DNA from: an uncultured Calditrichaceae bacterium
Lineage (GTDB): Bacteria; Calditrichota; Calditrichia; RBG-13-44-9
Reading direction: 5' to 3'
Length of the DNA: 52,789 bases
Assembly: GCA_964617285.1 (NCBI GenBank)
Contig: CAZTXJ010000006.1
Coordinates: 1-52,789, forward strand
Part shown: one piece after another, positions 38,760 through 49,698 of the stretch
How positions within the stretch are numbered: position 1 is the first letter of the stretch
Layout of the letters: each line of letters opens with the position of its first letter
Made by a program: the position numbers and the translations under genes
The notes under the pieces: generated by a model
The model's input: only the letters and a program-made list of their open reading frames with translations
Database searches by the model: none
What the model was told of the DNA's origin: nothing

Positions 38760-39995
38760 TTAATTTGGTAAGAATGCAACCTTCAGCAAACGGTCTTTAG
38801 AGAGAATACCGGTGGTAAGTTCGAATAGCTGATTCCGGGTAATTTTCTGAATATTTTCCAAAACACTGTTGATCGGATGGTATTCTTTAAGATAAATCTC
38901 CATTTTTGCCAATCGGCTCATACGCCTCATGGTACTTTCCAGGCCAAGTACAATATTCCCTTTGAGTTGGGCTTTTACCTGCTTCAGTTCAGGCTCTGAA
39001 AGTGGTTTGGAACGTAACTTTATTATCTCCTTGTCCAGCAGTTTGAGCGCCTGATCTTTTTTGTTCTTGTCAGTCCCCAGGTAAATCACCATCATACCGT
39101 TATCTTTAAAGAAATCCAGATAGGAATAGATGGAATATGCCAGTCCATAGCGCTCGCGAATGTTTTGAAACAAGCGTGAACCCATACCAACGCCCAGGGT
39201 GGTATTCAGTATCAGGAGTTCATATTTTTGGTGGTGGTTATAGGGTAATCCAACTGTTCCCAAACATATATGGGCCTGATTTACTTTTCTGGGAATGGTA
39301 AACTCTCCCCTTCCTGTTTTAACGGGAGATAAATCCACTGGATTTTCAGACGCACGGGGGAGGGTAAATTTTTTCAGACAGAGATCGACCAATTTTTCAT
39401 GCTGAATATTTCCGGCAGCAGCGATTATGATATTCTCAAAAGTGTAAAAATCGTGATAAAATTTCAGGATCTGATCGCGGGTTAAATTTTGGACCGTTTC
39501 TTTGATCCCGAGAACAGGAAATCCAAGGCTGTTATCCGGATACAATTTCTCGGTAAAAATATCCTGCAGAAGATCATCCGGCGTATCTTCCACACTTCCG
39601 ATTTCATCCAGGATCACTGTTCTCTCTTTCTCCATCTCCCCGGGAGGAAATGTAGAGTTACAAATGATATCAGCAAGAACATCTATCGCTTTTGACAGAT
39701 GTTCATCCAGAAATTCGGCATAAAAACAGGTTTGTTCTTTTCCGGTGAAGGCATTGAGGTACCCACCAATCGACTCAAGACTACGGGCGATAGTTCTGGT
39801 GGAGCGCTTTTCCGTACCCTTAAAAAGCATGTGTTCCAAAAAATGGGCTGCGCCGTTTATATCTTTTGTTTCTTGCCGGGTACCTGCTTTAACCCAGACA
39901 CCGGCAGAAACAGATCTAACGGACGGAATGTTCTCAGTGATGATAGTAAGCCCGTTTTCAAGTATTGTTTTCTGGTAGGCTTCTGTGATTATCAT
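38760..39995 (-). CDS. M16-family (insulinase/pitrilysin-like) zinc peptidase
   Basis: HFLEHMLFKGT inverted zinc motif HxxEH. 411 aa. Confidence 0.88.
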   Translation of the reverse strand: MIITEAYQKTILENGLTIITENIPSVRSVSAGVWVKAGTRQETKDINGAAHFLEHMLFKGTEKRSTRTIARSLESIGGYLNAFTGKEQTCFYAEFLDEHLSKAIDVLADIICNSTFPPGEMEKERTVILDEIGSVEDTPDDLLQDIFTEKLYPDNSLGFPVLGIKETVQNLTRDQILKFYHDFYTFENIIIAAAGNIQHEKLVDLCLKKFTLPRASENPVDLSPVKTGRGEFTIPRKVNQAHICLGTVGLPYNHHQKYELLILNTTLGVGMGSRLFQNIRERYGLAYSIYSYLDFFKDNGMMVIYLGTDKNKKDQALKLLDKEIIKLRSKPLSEPELKQVKAQLKGNIVLGLESTMRRMSRLAKMEIYLKEYHPINSVLENIQKITRNQLFELTTGILSKDRLLKVAFLPN

Positions 39996-40142
39996 TTTAT
40001 GGTTATAACCGATTTCTTATTTGTAATCTCAAACGAAAGCTATTCAAAATTAACTTAAATATATCAGGATAATATTCGGATTTTTTTGATCAAAAATTAA
40101 TTTTCTAATCTTTGCGGTTTAAGAAATTCCTGCAATTTTAAA

Positions 40143-40158
40143 AGGGGCTTTCGCCCCT
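40143..40158 (-). terminator. short GC hairpin immediately after the pnp stop
   Basis: AGGGGC-TTTC-GCCCCT with a T4 run on the minus strand. Short T-run, so moderate strength. Confidence 0.5.
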
Positions 40159-40161
40159 CTT

Positions 40162-42270
40162 TTATTCTTCTTCTATTTTTTGTTTCTTTTCCTCACGCCT
40201 TAAAAATTCTTTCCGGCTGAGGTTATAACGCCCTTCCCGGTCAACCTCTTTTAGAACAACATCCACTTTATCACCAATTTTTACTATATCTGTCACGTTG
40301 TTTACCCGCTTCAAGTCGAGTTCGGAAATGTGGATTAAACCCTCTTTTCCGGGCATGAATTCCGCAAATGCTCCGAAGTTCATGATGCGTTTTATGGTAG
40401 CATGATATACTTTACCAGTTTCCGGGACCGCAATAATTGCCTCTATCTTTTCCTTGGCTTTTTGAGCCATGTTGACATCGGGCGATGCTATAACAGTCAA
40501 ACCGGAATCATCAATATCAATTTTGGCGCCGGTTTCTTCGATAATCGCCCGGATATTTTTTCCGGATGGACCAATAATCTCGCCGATTTTATCGGTGGGG
40601 ACCATCAAAGTGAGGATTCGCGGTGCGTAGGGAGAAATATCCGCCCGTGGTTGCCCGATAGCTGCATCCATCATCTCCAATATTTTTACCCGTGCTTTAC
40701 GGGCATTCTCCAGTGCTGTTTTCATGATTTCGAAATTGATTCCCGCGAGTTTAATATCCATCTGGAAAGCGGTAATACCCTCTTTTGTCCCGGCAACCTT
40801 GAAGTCCATATCACCCAGGTGATCTTCATCTCCCAGGATATCGGTTAATATTTTTACATCGGAATTTTCCTTAATCAATCCCATGGCAATACCTGCCACA
40901 TGGCATTTAGTCGGGACTCCGGCGTCCATTAAACTTAATGAACCCGCGCACACTGTTGCCATGGACGAAGAGCCATTCGACTCCAGAATATCCGATACGA
41001 TACGGATCGTGTAAGGAAATGAATCGTCTGAAGGTAAGATCGGCTTCAAAGACCGTTCGGCCAGGTTTCCATGGCCAATTTCCCGTCGACCAGGACCCCG
41101 GAATGGCCGAACCTCACCTACGCTAAAGGGCGGGAAATTATAATGAAGCATATAACTTTTGCTGCTTTCACCTTCCAGGTTTTCAACAAGCTGTTCATCT
41201 ATTTTGGTACCCAGTGTTGTTGCAGCCAGACTTTGGGTTTGACCCCGGGTAAATAAAGCCGATCCGTGTGCCCGCGGAAGGACACCAACTTCACAGTTAA
41301 TCTCGCGGATTTCATCCATGCCCCGTCCATCCAGCCTCCGGTTTTCCTGAACAATCATTTTCCGAACTTCTTCCTTTTCGATGGTATGGAGATAGTCTTT
41401 AATGGCACTCAGGAATTCTTCGTACTCTTCACCCAGCTTTTCAATAATTTCATCACGCACCCGGTTTAACTTATCATGCCGGGACTTTTTTTCGGTTATT
41501 TGGATTGCTTCTTTGATCTGATCTCTGCCAAGTTTTTCCAATTGATCTGATAATTCCTGGGGAAATTCGGGAGCCACCACTTCCATCTTTTCCGCTGAGA
41601 GTTCGGATATAATTTCCATCTGCAAGTCAATTAATTCTTTGAGGGCATTATGACCGAACTCCAGAGCTTCGATCATATCCTGTTCTCCGATCTCATGAGC
41701 TTCCCCTTCGACCATCAGAATAGAGTCGCCTGTACCGGCTATGACCAATTCCAGATCGCTCTCATCCAGCTGGGTGAAAGTGGGATTCAGCACAAACTGA
41801 CCGGCAATCCGGCCAACCCGTACCGAGGCAATAGGACCGTTAAATGGGATATCAGAAATGGACAGCGATATTGAAGCGCCCAGAGTTCCAAGAATATCAG
41901 CATCATTTTCCTGATCGCTGCTGATCACAAATGCGGCAATCTGGGTGTCGTTCCGATAATTATCCGGAAATAATGGACGCAGGGGGCGGTCAATGAGCCG
42001 GGCGCTCAGGATTTCTTTTTCGCTCGGCCGGCCTTCACGTTTAAAAAAACCGCCCGGTATTTTACCGGCGGCATAAGTTTTTTCCTGATATTCAACTGAT
42101 AGTGGGAAAAAATCAATGTCTTCCCGAACATCTTTACTGGCGGTAGCGGTGACCAACACCATAGTATCCGCATAGCGGATTAAAGCGGATCCGTTGGCCT
42201 GCTTTGCCATGCGTCCTATTTCAACAGTAAGTGTACGTCCACCGATTTCCCGTTCTTTTCTTAAAATCAT
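40162..42270 (-). CDS. pnp: polyribonucleotide nucleotidyltransferase (PNPase)
   Basis: Two RNase PH domains plus KH (IGEIIGPSGKNIR) and S1 (GKVYHATIKRIMNFGAFAEF) domains. 702 aa. Confidence 0.97.
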   Translation of the reverse strand: MILRKEREIGGRTLTVEIGRMAKQANGSALIRYADTMVLVTATASKDVREDIDFFPLSVEYQEKTYAAGKIPGGFFKREGRPSEKEILSARLIDRPLRPLFPDNYRNDTQIAAFVISSDQENDADILGTLGASISLSISDIPFNGPIASVRVGRIAGQFVLNPTFTQLDESDLELVIAGTGDSILMVEGEAHEIGEQDMIEALEFGHNALKELIDLQMEIISELSAEKMEVVAPEFPQELSDQLEKLGRDQIKEAIQITEKKSRHDKLNRVRDEIIEKLGEEYEEFLSAIKDYLHTIEKEEVRKMIVQENRRLDGRGMDEIREINCEVGVLPRAHGSALFTRGQTQSLAATTLGTKIDEQLVENLEGESSKSYMLHYNFPPFSVGEVRPFRGPGRREIGHGNLAERSLKPILPSDDSFPYTIRIVSDILESNGSSSMATVCAGSLSLMDAGVPTKCHVAGIAMGLIKENSDVKILTDILGDEDHLGDMDFKVAGTKEGITAFQMDIKLAGINFEIMKTALENARKARVKILEMMDAAIGQPRADISPYAPRILTLMVPTDKIGEIIGPSGKNIRAIIEETGAKIDIDDSGLTVIASPDVNMAQKAKEKIEAIIAVPETGKVYHATIKRIMNFGAFAEFMPGKEGLIHISELDLKRVNNVTDIVKIGDKVDVVLKEVDREGRYNLSRKEFLRREEKKQKIEEE

Positions 42271-42291
42271 TATATACCCTAACTCCTAAGT

Positions 42292-42561
42292 TTATCTTCT
42301 TAATCCAAGTTCATTGATCAGAGAGCGGTATCGTTCAATGTCCTTTTTCATCAGGTAATTCAACAACCGTCTGCGTTGACCAACCAGTTTTAATAGTCCC
42401 CGTCTGGAATGATGATCTTTCGAATTGCTTTTTAAGTGTTCCGTCAGGTCAACAATGCGACGGGTGATCAGTGCCACCTGAACTTCTGTTTTGCCCGAGT
42501 TTTTCTCTTCTCCACCAAATTTTTTGATGATCTCGTGCTTTTCTTCTTTGGTTAATGACAT
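42292..42561 (-). CDS. rpsO: 30S ribosomal protein S15
   Basis: [22 protein letters not shown] ... [23 protein letters not shown] is canonical S15. Confidence 0.97.
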   Translation of the reverse strand: MSLTKEEKHEIIKKFGGEEKNSGKTEVQVALITRRIVDLTEHLKSNSKDHHSRRGLLKLVGQRRRLLNYLMKKDIERYRSLINELGLRR

Positions 42562-42574
42562 TCATGCCTCCAAA

Positions 42575-43501
42575 CTATATTTTCATACAAATTTTTTTAT
42601 CTAATAACATCTGCTTTTTTAAGGCTTCCGAATTTTCAAACTTTACTTCTTCACGAATGAATTTTTTAAAAAAAATTTTCAATTCATCGCCGTAAATAGA
42701 GCCGGAAAAATTAAATATATGTACTTCTAAAGTCAAGGGATCAAAATTAAAGGTCGGTCGATTACCGATATTCATCATCCCTTTATAAATTTTTTGCTGA
42801 TGCTCCACATCTACCGCATATACCCCTTTGTGAGGAATGAGTTTATGCGGATTTTTAATTTCCAGATTTGCGGTTGGGTATCCTAATTCGCGACCGCGAT
42901 GATCTCCCTTTTCCACGGCGCCCGATAAACTGTAAGGTCTTCCCAGTAATTTTCCGGCAGTGGAGACATCTCCCTTTTTTAGCAAATTCCGAATTGCTGA
43001 ACTGCTTACAATTTCACCATCCAGATAAAAGGGATCTAATACCGTCACTGAAAAGCCAAATTCACTTCCCAATTGCTTTAACTGGGCTGGATGGCCTTCC
43101 CGATTTTTGCCAAAGGCATGATCGTGCCCGACGACCATCTTTTTAATTCTTAACTTTTCAACCAGTATGTTTTTCACAAAATCTTTGTAGTTCATTTGGG
43201 AAAATTCACGAGTAAAGGGGATTATCAATACAGCCGGAAGCCCCAGATCACGGAGCACTTCCAGTTTTTCCTCCAGAGGAGTTAAAATTTCAATTGGATG
43301 ATCTTTAGGATTTCCGATCACTTCTTTTGGATGGGGATGAAAGGTAATGAGAATCTCCAGACAATCGCAGTCTTCCCTGGCCTGCCGGTTCAGTTCCTTC
43401 AGGATTTGCTGGTGTCCCAGATGAAAGCCGTCAAACGAACCGACGGTTACCACGGTTCTTTGATCCAAATGAATTTCATCAACTGTGCGAAATATCTTCA
43501 T
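42575..43501 (-). CDS. ribF: bifunctional riboflavin kinase / FMN adenylyltransferase
   Basis: VVTVGSFDGFHLGHQ nucleotidyltransferase motif and a C-terminal GRELGYPTANL kinase motif. Start ATG 43501 (MKIFRT) is preferred over 43573. Confidence 0.9.
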   Translation of the reverse strand: MKIFRTVDEIHLDQRTVVTVGSFDGFHLGHQQILKELNRQAREDCDCLEILITFHPHPKEVIGNPKDHPIEILTPLEEKLEVLRDLGLPAVLIIPFTREFSQMNYKDFVKNILVEKLRIKKMVVGHDHAFGKNREGHPAQLKQLGSEFGFSVTVLDPFYLDGEIVSSSAIRNLLKKGDVSTAGKLLGRPYSLSGAVEKGDHRGRELGYPTANLEIKNPHKLIPHKGVYAVDVEHQQKIYKGMMNIGNRPTFNFDPLTLEVHIFNFSGSIYGDELKIFFKKFIREEVKFENSEALKKQMLLDKKICMKI

Positions 43502-44273
43502 TGCGATGCGTCTGCTTCCACTGTTTTTCAAATTCCGATATAGTGAGCGATTCCGAAATATCAAAATCTCCAATACTGGTTCGGGTTAAATCGGACAAAT
43601 AACCAACCGTACCCAGTTTCTTTGCAATATCATAAGCCAGCACCCGAACATAAGTTCCACGACTGCATTTTACCCTGAACTGTAAAATATTACTCTGAAA
43701 AGAATCCCGCTGCAGATTATATACTTGCACAGTTTTGTAGCTTACCGGAATTTCCTTTCCCTTACGGGCTAATTTGTAACGGCGCTGTCCTTTAATTTTG
43801 GCTGCTGAATAATCAGGAATTTTCTGCTTAATCTTCCCCAGAAAATGTACCAGAGTGTCATCAATTTGTTTTGGTGAAAGTGGAGGAATATTTTTTTCCA
43901 GATCTACTTTGCCGGTTTTATCCAGCGTATCGGTAGAAATTCCAAGAACCATTGTCGCATTGTATTCCTTGGGTAATTCCATCAGCCGACTGACTTCTTT
44001 GGTTGCTTTTCCGGCACAGATCAATAAAACTCCTTCTGCAAATGGATCGAGGGTTCCGGCATGACCGATTTTTTTTATTCGGGTAATACCCCGGATTTTT
44101 TTTACCACGTCAAAAGAAGACCAGTCCACCGGCTTATAGATATTGGCGATAAATCCGCCGTTTATATGTTGAATTGACCTGATGTCTATAGAATCGGTTT
44201 GAGTTGCCTTCATAAGTTTATCTAAATGAAGAAAAGAATCGCGGTATGGAACAGGACTGATTAAAGTAAACAA
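43479..44273 (-). CDS. truB: tRNA pseudouridine(55) synthase TruB
   Basis: HAGTLDPFAEGVLLI catalytic Asp motif. The true start may be the internal Met at 44213. Confidence 0.88.
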   Translation of the reverse strand: MFTLISPVPYRDSFLHLDKLMKATQTDSIDIRSIQHINGGFIANIYKPVDWSSFDVVKKIRGITRIKKIGHAGTLDPFAEGVLLICAGKATKEVSRLMELPKEYNATMVLGISTDTLDKTGKVDLEKNIPPLSPKQIDDTLVHFLGKIKQKIPDYSAAKIKGQRRYKLARKGKEIPVSYKTVQVYNLQRDSFQSNILQFRVKCSRGTYVRVLAYDIAKKLGTVGYLSDLTRTSIGDFDISESLTISEFEKQWKQTHRNEDISHS

Positions 44274-44298
44274 TTTTCTTCGTAAGATTGATGATATG

Positions 44299-44667
44299 CT
44301 AATTATCCCCTTTACCGGTATCCGATTTTATCCTTCGTAAAATATCATTTATATGTTCTGAGTAATCCAGAGAATCGTCATAAAAAAAACGTAATTCGGG
44401 TACGAACCTCATCTTCAGGATATTGGATAATTCACTTCGAATAAAATTTTTTGAATGTTCCAGAGCTTCAGCCGATCTTTTCCGCTGATCCTCTTCTCCC
44501 AGAACGGTATAATAGACGAATGCAATTCGTAAATCGCCGCTCACTTTTACCTGGGTGATCGTGATAAATCCTTTTCTGGGATCTTTTAATTTGTATTCTA
44601 AAGTTGTACTGACTTCTTTTTTTATCAAATCCGCCAGCTTGCGTTGCCTGATGGTTTCTCTTTTCAT
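44299..44667 (-). CDS. rbfA: ribosome-binding factor A
   Basis: RKLADLIKKEVS ... ITITQVKVSGDLRIAFVYY ... FVPELRFFYDDS is a typical RbfA pattern. Confidence 0.9.
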   Translation of the reverse strand: MKRETIRQRKLADLIKKEVSTTLEYKLKDPRKGFITITQVKVSGDLRIAFVYYTVLGEEDQRKRSAEALEHSKNFIRSELSNILKMRFVPELRFFYDDSLDYSEHINDILRRIKSDTGKGDN

Positions 44668-44673
44668 AAGTCT

Positions 44674-44961
44674 TTACATATATTCCAGATTATGTTCCAC
44701 TATTTCGCAAATGCCGTTTGCCTCAATCAGGGTAAATATTGCGGTCATGTTTTTTTCAATAAAACTGTAGCTGTTACCCACCTGAACCACAGCCAGTCTG
44801 GCACGCTGCCATTTATCCAGAAAATCTACTTCGGCAATCGAAACATTAAATTTATGTCGGATTTTATCTTTAATTGCTTTTATCACCATCCGTTTTTCTT
44901 TTAAAGATCCGGAAGCGGGCAGAAATAAATCAACTGTTAGTAATCCTATTATCAATTGCAT
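44674..44961 (-). CDS. DUF503 (YlxP-like) protein
   Basis: LFLPASGSLKEKRMVIKAIKDKIRHKFNVSIAEV matches DUF503. It sits in the conserved position between infB and rbfA. Confidence 0.8.
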   Translation of the reverse strand: MQLIIGLLTVDLFLPASGSLKEKRMVIKAIKDKIRHKFNVSIAEVDFLDKWQRARLAVVQVGNSYSFIEKNMTAIFTLIEANGICEIVEHNLEYM

Positions 44962-44991
44962 AATACATCATCCGGATAATGAGGAATGGTA

Positions 44992-47868
44992 TCAGGCTTC
45001 GAGTTTGCGTTTTTCTTTCACGACCTCGTAAGCTTCAATCTGATCACCTACTTTTATATCGTTGTAATTTTCGATCATAATACCACATTCATAGCCCGTC
45101 TGGACTTCCCGCACGTCATCTTTAAATCGTTTCAGGGAAGAAAGTTTACCATCATAAATTTCGACATCATTACGAATGAGGCGAATATGTGAATTTCTGT
45201 TTATTTTACCCTGCAAGACATAACAGCCGGCAACCGTTCCTAAACGGGAAACTTTAAACGTTTCGCGGACCTCTGCCATACCAACTGATTCTTCTCTTTC
45301 GGTGGGCGCCAGAATTCCTTCCAGCGCTTTTTTCACATCATCAATCGCATCATAAATAACTTTATAAATGCGAATATCAACCGATTCTTCTTCGGCCAGT
45401 TCACGGGCATTGAGGGTGGGACGGATGTGAAAACCAATAATAATCGCCTGCGAGGCTGCTGCCAGCATCACATCAGATTCGGTAATCGGGCCGACTGCCC
45501 GGCGGACAACCTTTACCCCTACCTCACCGGTCGAGATTTTCTGTAACGCATCGGTCAGTGCCTGGGCAGAACCATCCACGTCCGCCTTGACGATCACATT
45601 TAATTCCTGAACCTTGCCTTCCCGGATCTGGCGGCTGATGTCATCCAGGGTAAGCAATTTGATCTGCCGGAAATCCTGTTCCCGTTTCAGCTGCTGACGC
45701 TGGTAGGCAATTTCCTTGACCTTTCTTTCATCGGGCATCACTATCAGTTTATCGCCGGCTTCCGGAACACCGTCAATTCCTAAAACCTGAACCGGATATC
45801 CCGGTCCGGCTTCTTCCAGTGTCTGATTTCTTTCATTCATCAAACCACGCACCCGTCCGTAATATTGTCCGACGATGAAGTCGTCGCCTACTTTCAACTG
45901 ACCCTGCTGGATCAGTATGGTAGCCACCGGGCCCTTCCCTTTATCCAGTCGTGATTCCACCACTACGCCGGTTGCCCGTATTTTTGCATTTGCTTTCAAC
46001 TCCAGGATTTCAGCTTCCAGGATAATTTTTTCCAGCAGGTCCTGAATCCCCTGGCCGGTTTTGGCGGATACTTCCACTACCTGATACTTACCACCCCAAT
46101 CTTCCACCAGAATATTGCGGTCTGCCAGCTGTTTACGGATGGCTTGAGGATCTGCCCCCGGTTTATCAATTTTATTGATGGCGATAATGATCGGTACACC
46201 GGCCGCCCGCGCATGGTCAATTGCCTCTTCGGTCTGGGGCATCACTTTATCGTCTGCGGCAATCACCAAAACCACGATATCTGTAACCTGGGCCCCTCTG
46301 GACCTCATAGCGGTGAAGGCCTCGTGGCCGGGGGTATCCAAAAAGGTAATCTTATGTTCCGGATCGAGCTCTACCACATATGCACCAATATGTTGGGTAA
46401 TACCACCGGACTCACCGGCTACCACATTGGTATGTCTGATATAATCCAGTAGTGAGGTCTTACCGTGGTCAACATGACCCATAATGGTGACCACCGGATG
46501 GCGGTCTTCCCGATCTTCCGGTTTATCTTCTTCTTCGGCAATATCCTCCAAATATTCGGAACCAAATTCCTCTTCCTCTTTCACTGTGTAACCATAATCT
46601 TCGGCCAGCAACTTAATCATATCCATTTCCAGACGCTGGTTAATGGTGACCATTTGGCCCAGATCCAAACATTTTTTCAGAAGTTCCGGCACAGTCACTT
46701 TCATCAAATTTGCCAGGTTCTGTACCGTGATGAATTCGGTCACATAGATAACATTTTCTTCACCCTCAGCAGCTTCACCTTCCAGTTGTTTCGCTTTTTT
46801 CCGTCGCTTCCGTCCGGTTCCGGTTTCTTGCATACTGGCAAGTGTTTTCTTCAATGTGTCCTGAACCTCCTGTTGGTCCACTTCCTTTTTCTTTTTGGAA
46901 CGTTTTCTCCGACCTTCTCTCTCGACGACTTCTTCTTCCCCCTCTATCTCAAGATCAGTCGGCATGATTTTCGTTCTTCGGCCTTCCTTACGGATCATTT
47001 CAAAAGCTTTCCGGCGTCTTATCTCTTTATCACTCAGCTCTTCTTCCAGATCTTTCTTTCGCTTTTTCTCTTTTTTCCGTCGGTGTTGTTCTTCTTCGTC
47101 CTCTATTTCGGCAGGTGTTGGTTTGGCTTCTTCCGCTTCTTCTTTTTCCATAGCACGGATTCTTCTGGGAACAATATCTTCTTCCGTTTCAGCTTTCTCT
47201 AAGGTCTCTTCCTTTTCAACTGCTTTAGATTTATCTTTAATTTTTTGGAGCTGCTTTTTCTTACGCTCCTGTTTTTTCTTTTCCTTTTCAGCTTCCTGAT
47301 CTAAAAACTTTTTTGCCAGAGGATGGTCAATTATATCGCCAATTTCAGGTTTGGCCTCTTTTACTTCTTTAATTTTTGCGGCCTTTGAGGATACATCTTC
47401 CTTTTCTTCGGCAATTGTTTTATCTTCTGCCTTCTCTTCAGCTTGGGCTATTTCCTCTTCCGGTTGGGTTTCAACCTCATCGGCTTTTACTTCAGAAACT
47501 TGTTCTACTTCAGAGAGTTCTTTCTTTTTTGTTTTTGGTTTAATCTCTTCCGGTTCAACTTCCTGGACCGGGGCAGATTCAGCAGTTTCTTCAGAAGTTT
47601 CTATCTCTTCGGCAGGAGCTTCGTGAGCTTCTTCCGCTAACTGTTCTTCTTTTATTATCTCCTGACGTCGCTTGGCCAGTTTATCTGCTTTAACTTTTTC
47701 TTGCGAAAACCGCTGAAGGATGGCATCATGCATTTCATCCGTAATTGGCGTATTCAATCCGGAGACGTCATAACCCTTCTTCTGGAGAAATTCACTGATT
47801 GTCTCATGCGATAGATTTAATTCTTTAGCGACTTTGAATAGTTTTCGCCTGGATTTCTTTTCAACCAT
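44992..47868 (-). CDS. infB: translation initiation factor IF-2
   Basis: Long K/E-rich N-terminal region, then the GTPase domain ([29 protein letters not shown]) and C-terminal IF-2 domains. 958 aa. Confidence 0.97.
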   Translation of the reverse strand: MVEKKSRRKLFKVAKELNLSHETISEFLQKKGYDVSGLNTPITDEMHDAILQRFSQEKVKADKLAKRRQEIIKEEQLAEEAHEAPAEEIETSEETAESAPVQEVEPEEIKPKTKKKELSEVEQVSEVKADEVETQPEEEIAQAEEKAEDKTIAEEKEDVSSKAAKIKEVKEAKPEIGDIIDHPLAKKFLDQEAEKEKKKQERKKKQLQKIKDKSKAVEKEETLEKAETEEDIVPRRIRAMEKEEAEEAKPTPAEIEDEEEQHRRKKEKKRKKDLEEELSDKEIRRRKAFEMIRKEGRRTKIMPTDLEIEGEEEVVEREGRRKRSKKKKEVDQQEVQDTLKKTLASMQETGTGRKRRKKAKQLEGEAAEGEENVIYVTEFITVQNLANLMKVTVPELLKKCLDLGQMVTINQRLEMDMIKLLAEDYGYTVKEEEEFGSEYLEDIAEEEDKPEDREDRHPVVTIMGHVDHGKTSLLDYIRHTNVVAGESGGITQHIGAYVVELDPEHKITFLDTPGHEAFTAMRSRGAQVTDIVVLVIAADDKVMPQTEEAIDHARAAGVPIIIAINKIDKPGADPQAIRKQLADRNILVEDWGGKYQVVEVSAKTGQGIQDLLEKIILEAEILELKANAKIRATGVVVESRLDKGKGPVATILIQQGQLKVGDDFIVGQYYGRVRGLMNERNQTLEEAGPGYPVQVLGIDGVPEAGDKLIVMPDERKVKEIAYQRQQLKREQDFRQIKLLTLDDISRQIREGKVQELNVIVKADVDGSAQALTDALQKISTGEVGVKVVRRAVGPITESDVMLAAASQAIIIGFHIRPTLNARELAEEESVDIRIYKVIYDAIDDVKKALEGILAPTEREESVGMAEVRETFKVSRLGTVAGCYVLQGKINRNSHIRLIRNDVEIYDGKLSSLKRFKDDVREVQTGYECGIMIENYNDIKVGDQIEAYEVVKEKRKLEA

Positions 47869-48194
47869 TAATGCTCCTGCTTTAGAATTTTTAAAATGTT
47901 ACTACCGATCTCTCCCTTGAGAACACCTAATATTTTCTTATTCTCAATTCCCCAGGATTCTTTCCAGATGGTACCGGAAGTTGTTTTAAAAACCGGTACA
48001 TTAGTTTTTCTGCTGAGTTGATATATTTTTTTTTGAGTGTTCTCTGAAATATCGTTGTTGATCAAAATTAAAGACAATCTATGCCTGATCAGCTCATTTC
48101 GAATGGCTTCATATCCGGCAACGAACTTCCCGGATTTCAGGGCAAAGCCGACCATAGATGTCATTTTTTGATCAGGTGTAATATTTTGTATCAT
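47868..48194 (-). CDS. L7Ae/L30e-family RNA-binding protein (YlxQ-like)
   Basis: GFALKSGKFVAGYEAI pattern and the conserved position between nusA and infB, as in the B. subtilis ylxR-ylxQ arrangement. Its stop overlaps the infB ATG (TAATG). Confidence 0.7.
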   Translation of the reverse strand: MIQNITPDQKMTSMVGFALKSGKFVAGYEAIRNELIRHRLSLILINNDISENTQKKIYQLSRKTNVPVFKTTSGTIWKESWGIENKKILGVLKGEIGSNILKILKQEH

Positions 48195-48255
48195 AACCTT
48201 TTGCCCCGAAAACTTTTTAGTTCCGACCCCTTCTAAAAATTTATTTCCATCAATT

Positions 48256-48337
48256 TGTCATTCTGTCCAGCAGCTGCGGGATCAGAATCCATAATTTACA
48301 TATACTTTTGAGATTCCGAAATAAATTCGGAATGACA
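48256..48337. repeat. nested inverted repeats / two hairpins in the nusA-ylxQ spacer
   Basis: Outer IR TGTCATTC (48256-48263) / GAATGACA (48330-48337). Hairpin A is ATTCTG...CAGAAT (48260-48288). Hairpin B is ATTCCGAA-ATAAA-TTCGGAAT (48313-48333). Confidence 0.6.
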
Positions 48338-48396
48338 TTATCCTTTCTTTTTAGAACGGGTCATTTCTGTCTATACCTTTAATCATCTTGTTCAAT

Positions 48397-49671
48397 TTAA
48401 ATATTCAACAATTGTAATATTTTTTGTGCCGTCTTCTGACCAATTCCCGGTACTTCCAAAAGACCCTGCAAACCAAGATTTTTTAATTCTTCAACTGTAT
48501 TTATATCCGCATCCTTCAGGCGGCTGACCATGGATGGGGTAATTCCGGGAATTTCTTCGATGTCAATTTCTTCTTCCATGGATTTTTGATAATATTCCGA
48601 TTCCTTGATAAGCTCGATATTCCACCCGGTTATTCTTTGTGCCAGTTCTTTATTGACCTCACCCCGGCCCAGAGCCAGACCCATGTCTTTATCCGGAATA
48701 ATGGCCACTGCCAGTTTTTCATCCTGGTTCATGATAACCCGGATCGGTTTGGCCGGTGTCAGCGCTCGCATAATGAATATTTCCGGTTCGGATGAATAAG
48801 AGATCACATCGATCTTCTCACCATTCAATTCCCTTACTACAGATTGAATCCGGACGCCCCTCATGCCAACACAGGCACCCACCGGGTCAATCCGTTTGTC
48901 CATGGATTCCACGGCGATTTTTGCCCGTTCTCCCGGTTTGCGGGTGATCTTTTTAATTTCCACGATCCCATCAAATATTTCGGGGACTTCAATTTCGAAC
49001 AGTCGGATCATAAACTGATTATCTGCGCGTGAAACGATAATATCCGGGCCGCTGCGGGCACGTTTCTTTCTGGAACGATCATCATCTTCTTCAATTTCAA
49101 TATTATCCGGTTCAATCACTTTCTTGATCAATGCCCGTACACTATCGCCCCTTCTTAATTCTTCCCGGGGAATGGCTTCTGACCGGGGCATGAACATTTC
49201 GGTTTTATCGACCACCAGAAAATATCCTGCCCGGGTAACCTGATGGACATCGCCAATTATGATCTCTCCAACCCGGTTGCTGTACTCGTTAAATATTTTC
49301 CGCTTTTCATATTCCCGGATTCTTTGAAGCAGGGTCTGCTTGGCAATATTGATAAGCCGTCTGCCAAACTGCTCGGGCTTAACCACTTCCACGAAATCTT
49401 CACCCATTTCGATTTCCGGATCAATTTTCCGTGCATCTTCCAGCAGAATTTGGAGGATTGGATCTTCTACATGATCAACCACAACTTTTTCTACAAATAT
49501 TTCCACATCTCCCCGGTCCATGTTAACAATCACATCAAACCGATCCGATTCCCCATATTTTTTCTTGATCAGCGTGACAAAAATATCTTCCAATATGTCT
49601 CTGAGTTCATCTTTATCGATTCTTTTTTCTCGAGCAATCAGATTAACAGCTTCAACTATTTCGCTGCGCAT
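48397..49671 (-). CDS. nusA: transcription termination/antitermination factor NusA
   Basis: N-terminal domain, S1 (IIGDVHQVTRAGYFLV), two KH domains (GACVGMRGVRIQSVVREL) and a C-terminal HhH repeat. 424 aa. Confidence 0.96.
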   Translation of the reverse strand: MRSEIVEAVNLIAREKRIDKDELRDILEDIFVTLIKKKYGESDRFDVIVNMDRGDVEIFVEKVVVDHVEDPILQILLEDARKIDPEIEMGEDFVEVVKPEQFGRRLINIAKQTLLQRIREYEKRKIFNEYSNRVGEIIIGDVHQVTRAGYFLVVDKTEMFMPRSEAIPREELRRGDSVRALIKKVIEPDNIEIEEDDDRSRKKRARSGPDIIVSRADNQFMIRLFEIEVPEIFDGIVEIKKITRKPGERAKIAVESMDKRIDPVGACVGMRGVRIQSVVRELNGEKIDVISYSSEPEIFIMRALTPAKPIRVIMNQDEKLAVAIIPDKDMGLALGRGEVNKELAQRITGWNIELIKESEYYQKSMEEEIDIEEIPGITPSMVSRLKDADINTVEELKNLGLQGLLEVPGIGQKTAQKILQLLNI

Positions 49672-49698
49672 ATGTCTTTTTATCCTCCAGTAATTTAT

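Noticed and set aside
46465-47626. Several long plus-strand ORFs (245, 134, 91 and 65 aa) antisense to infB
   Set aside because: They lie opposite the K/E-rich low-complexity N-terminal region of IF-2. Their products are F/S/L-rich mirror-image low complexity with no RBS, which is a typical antisense artefact.
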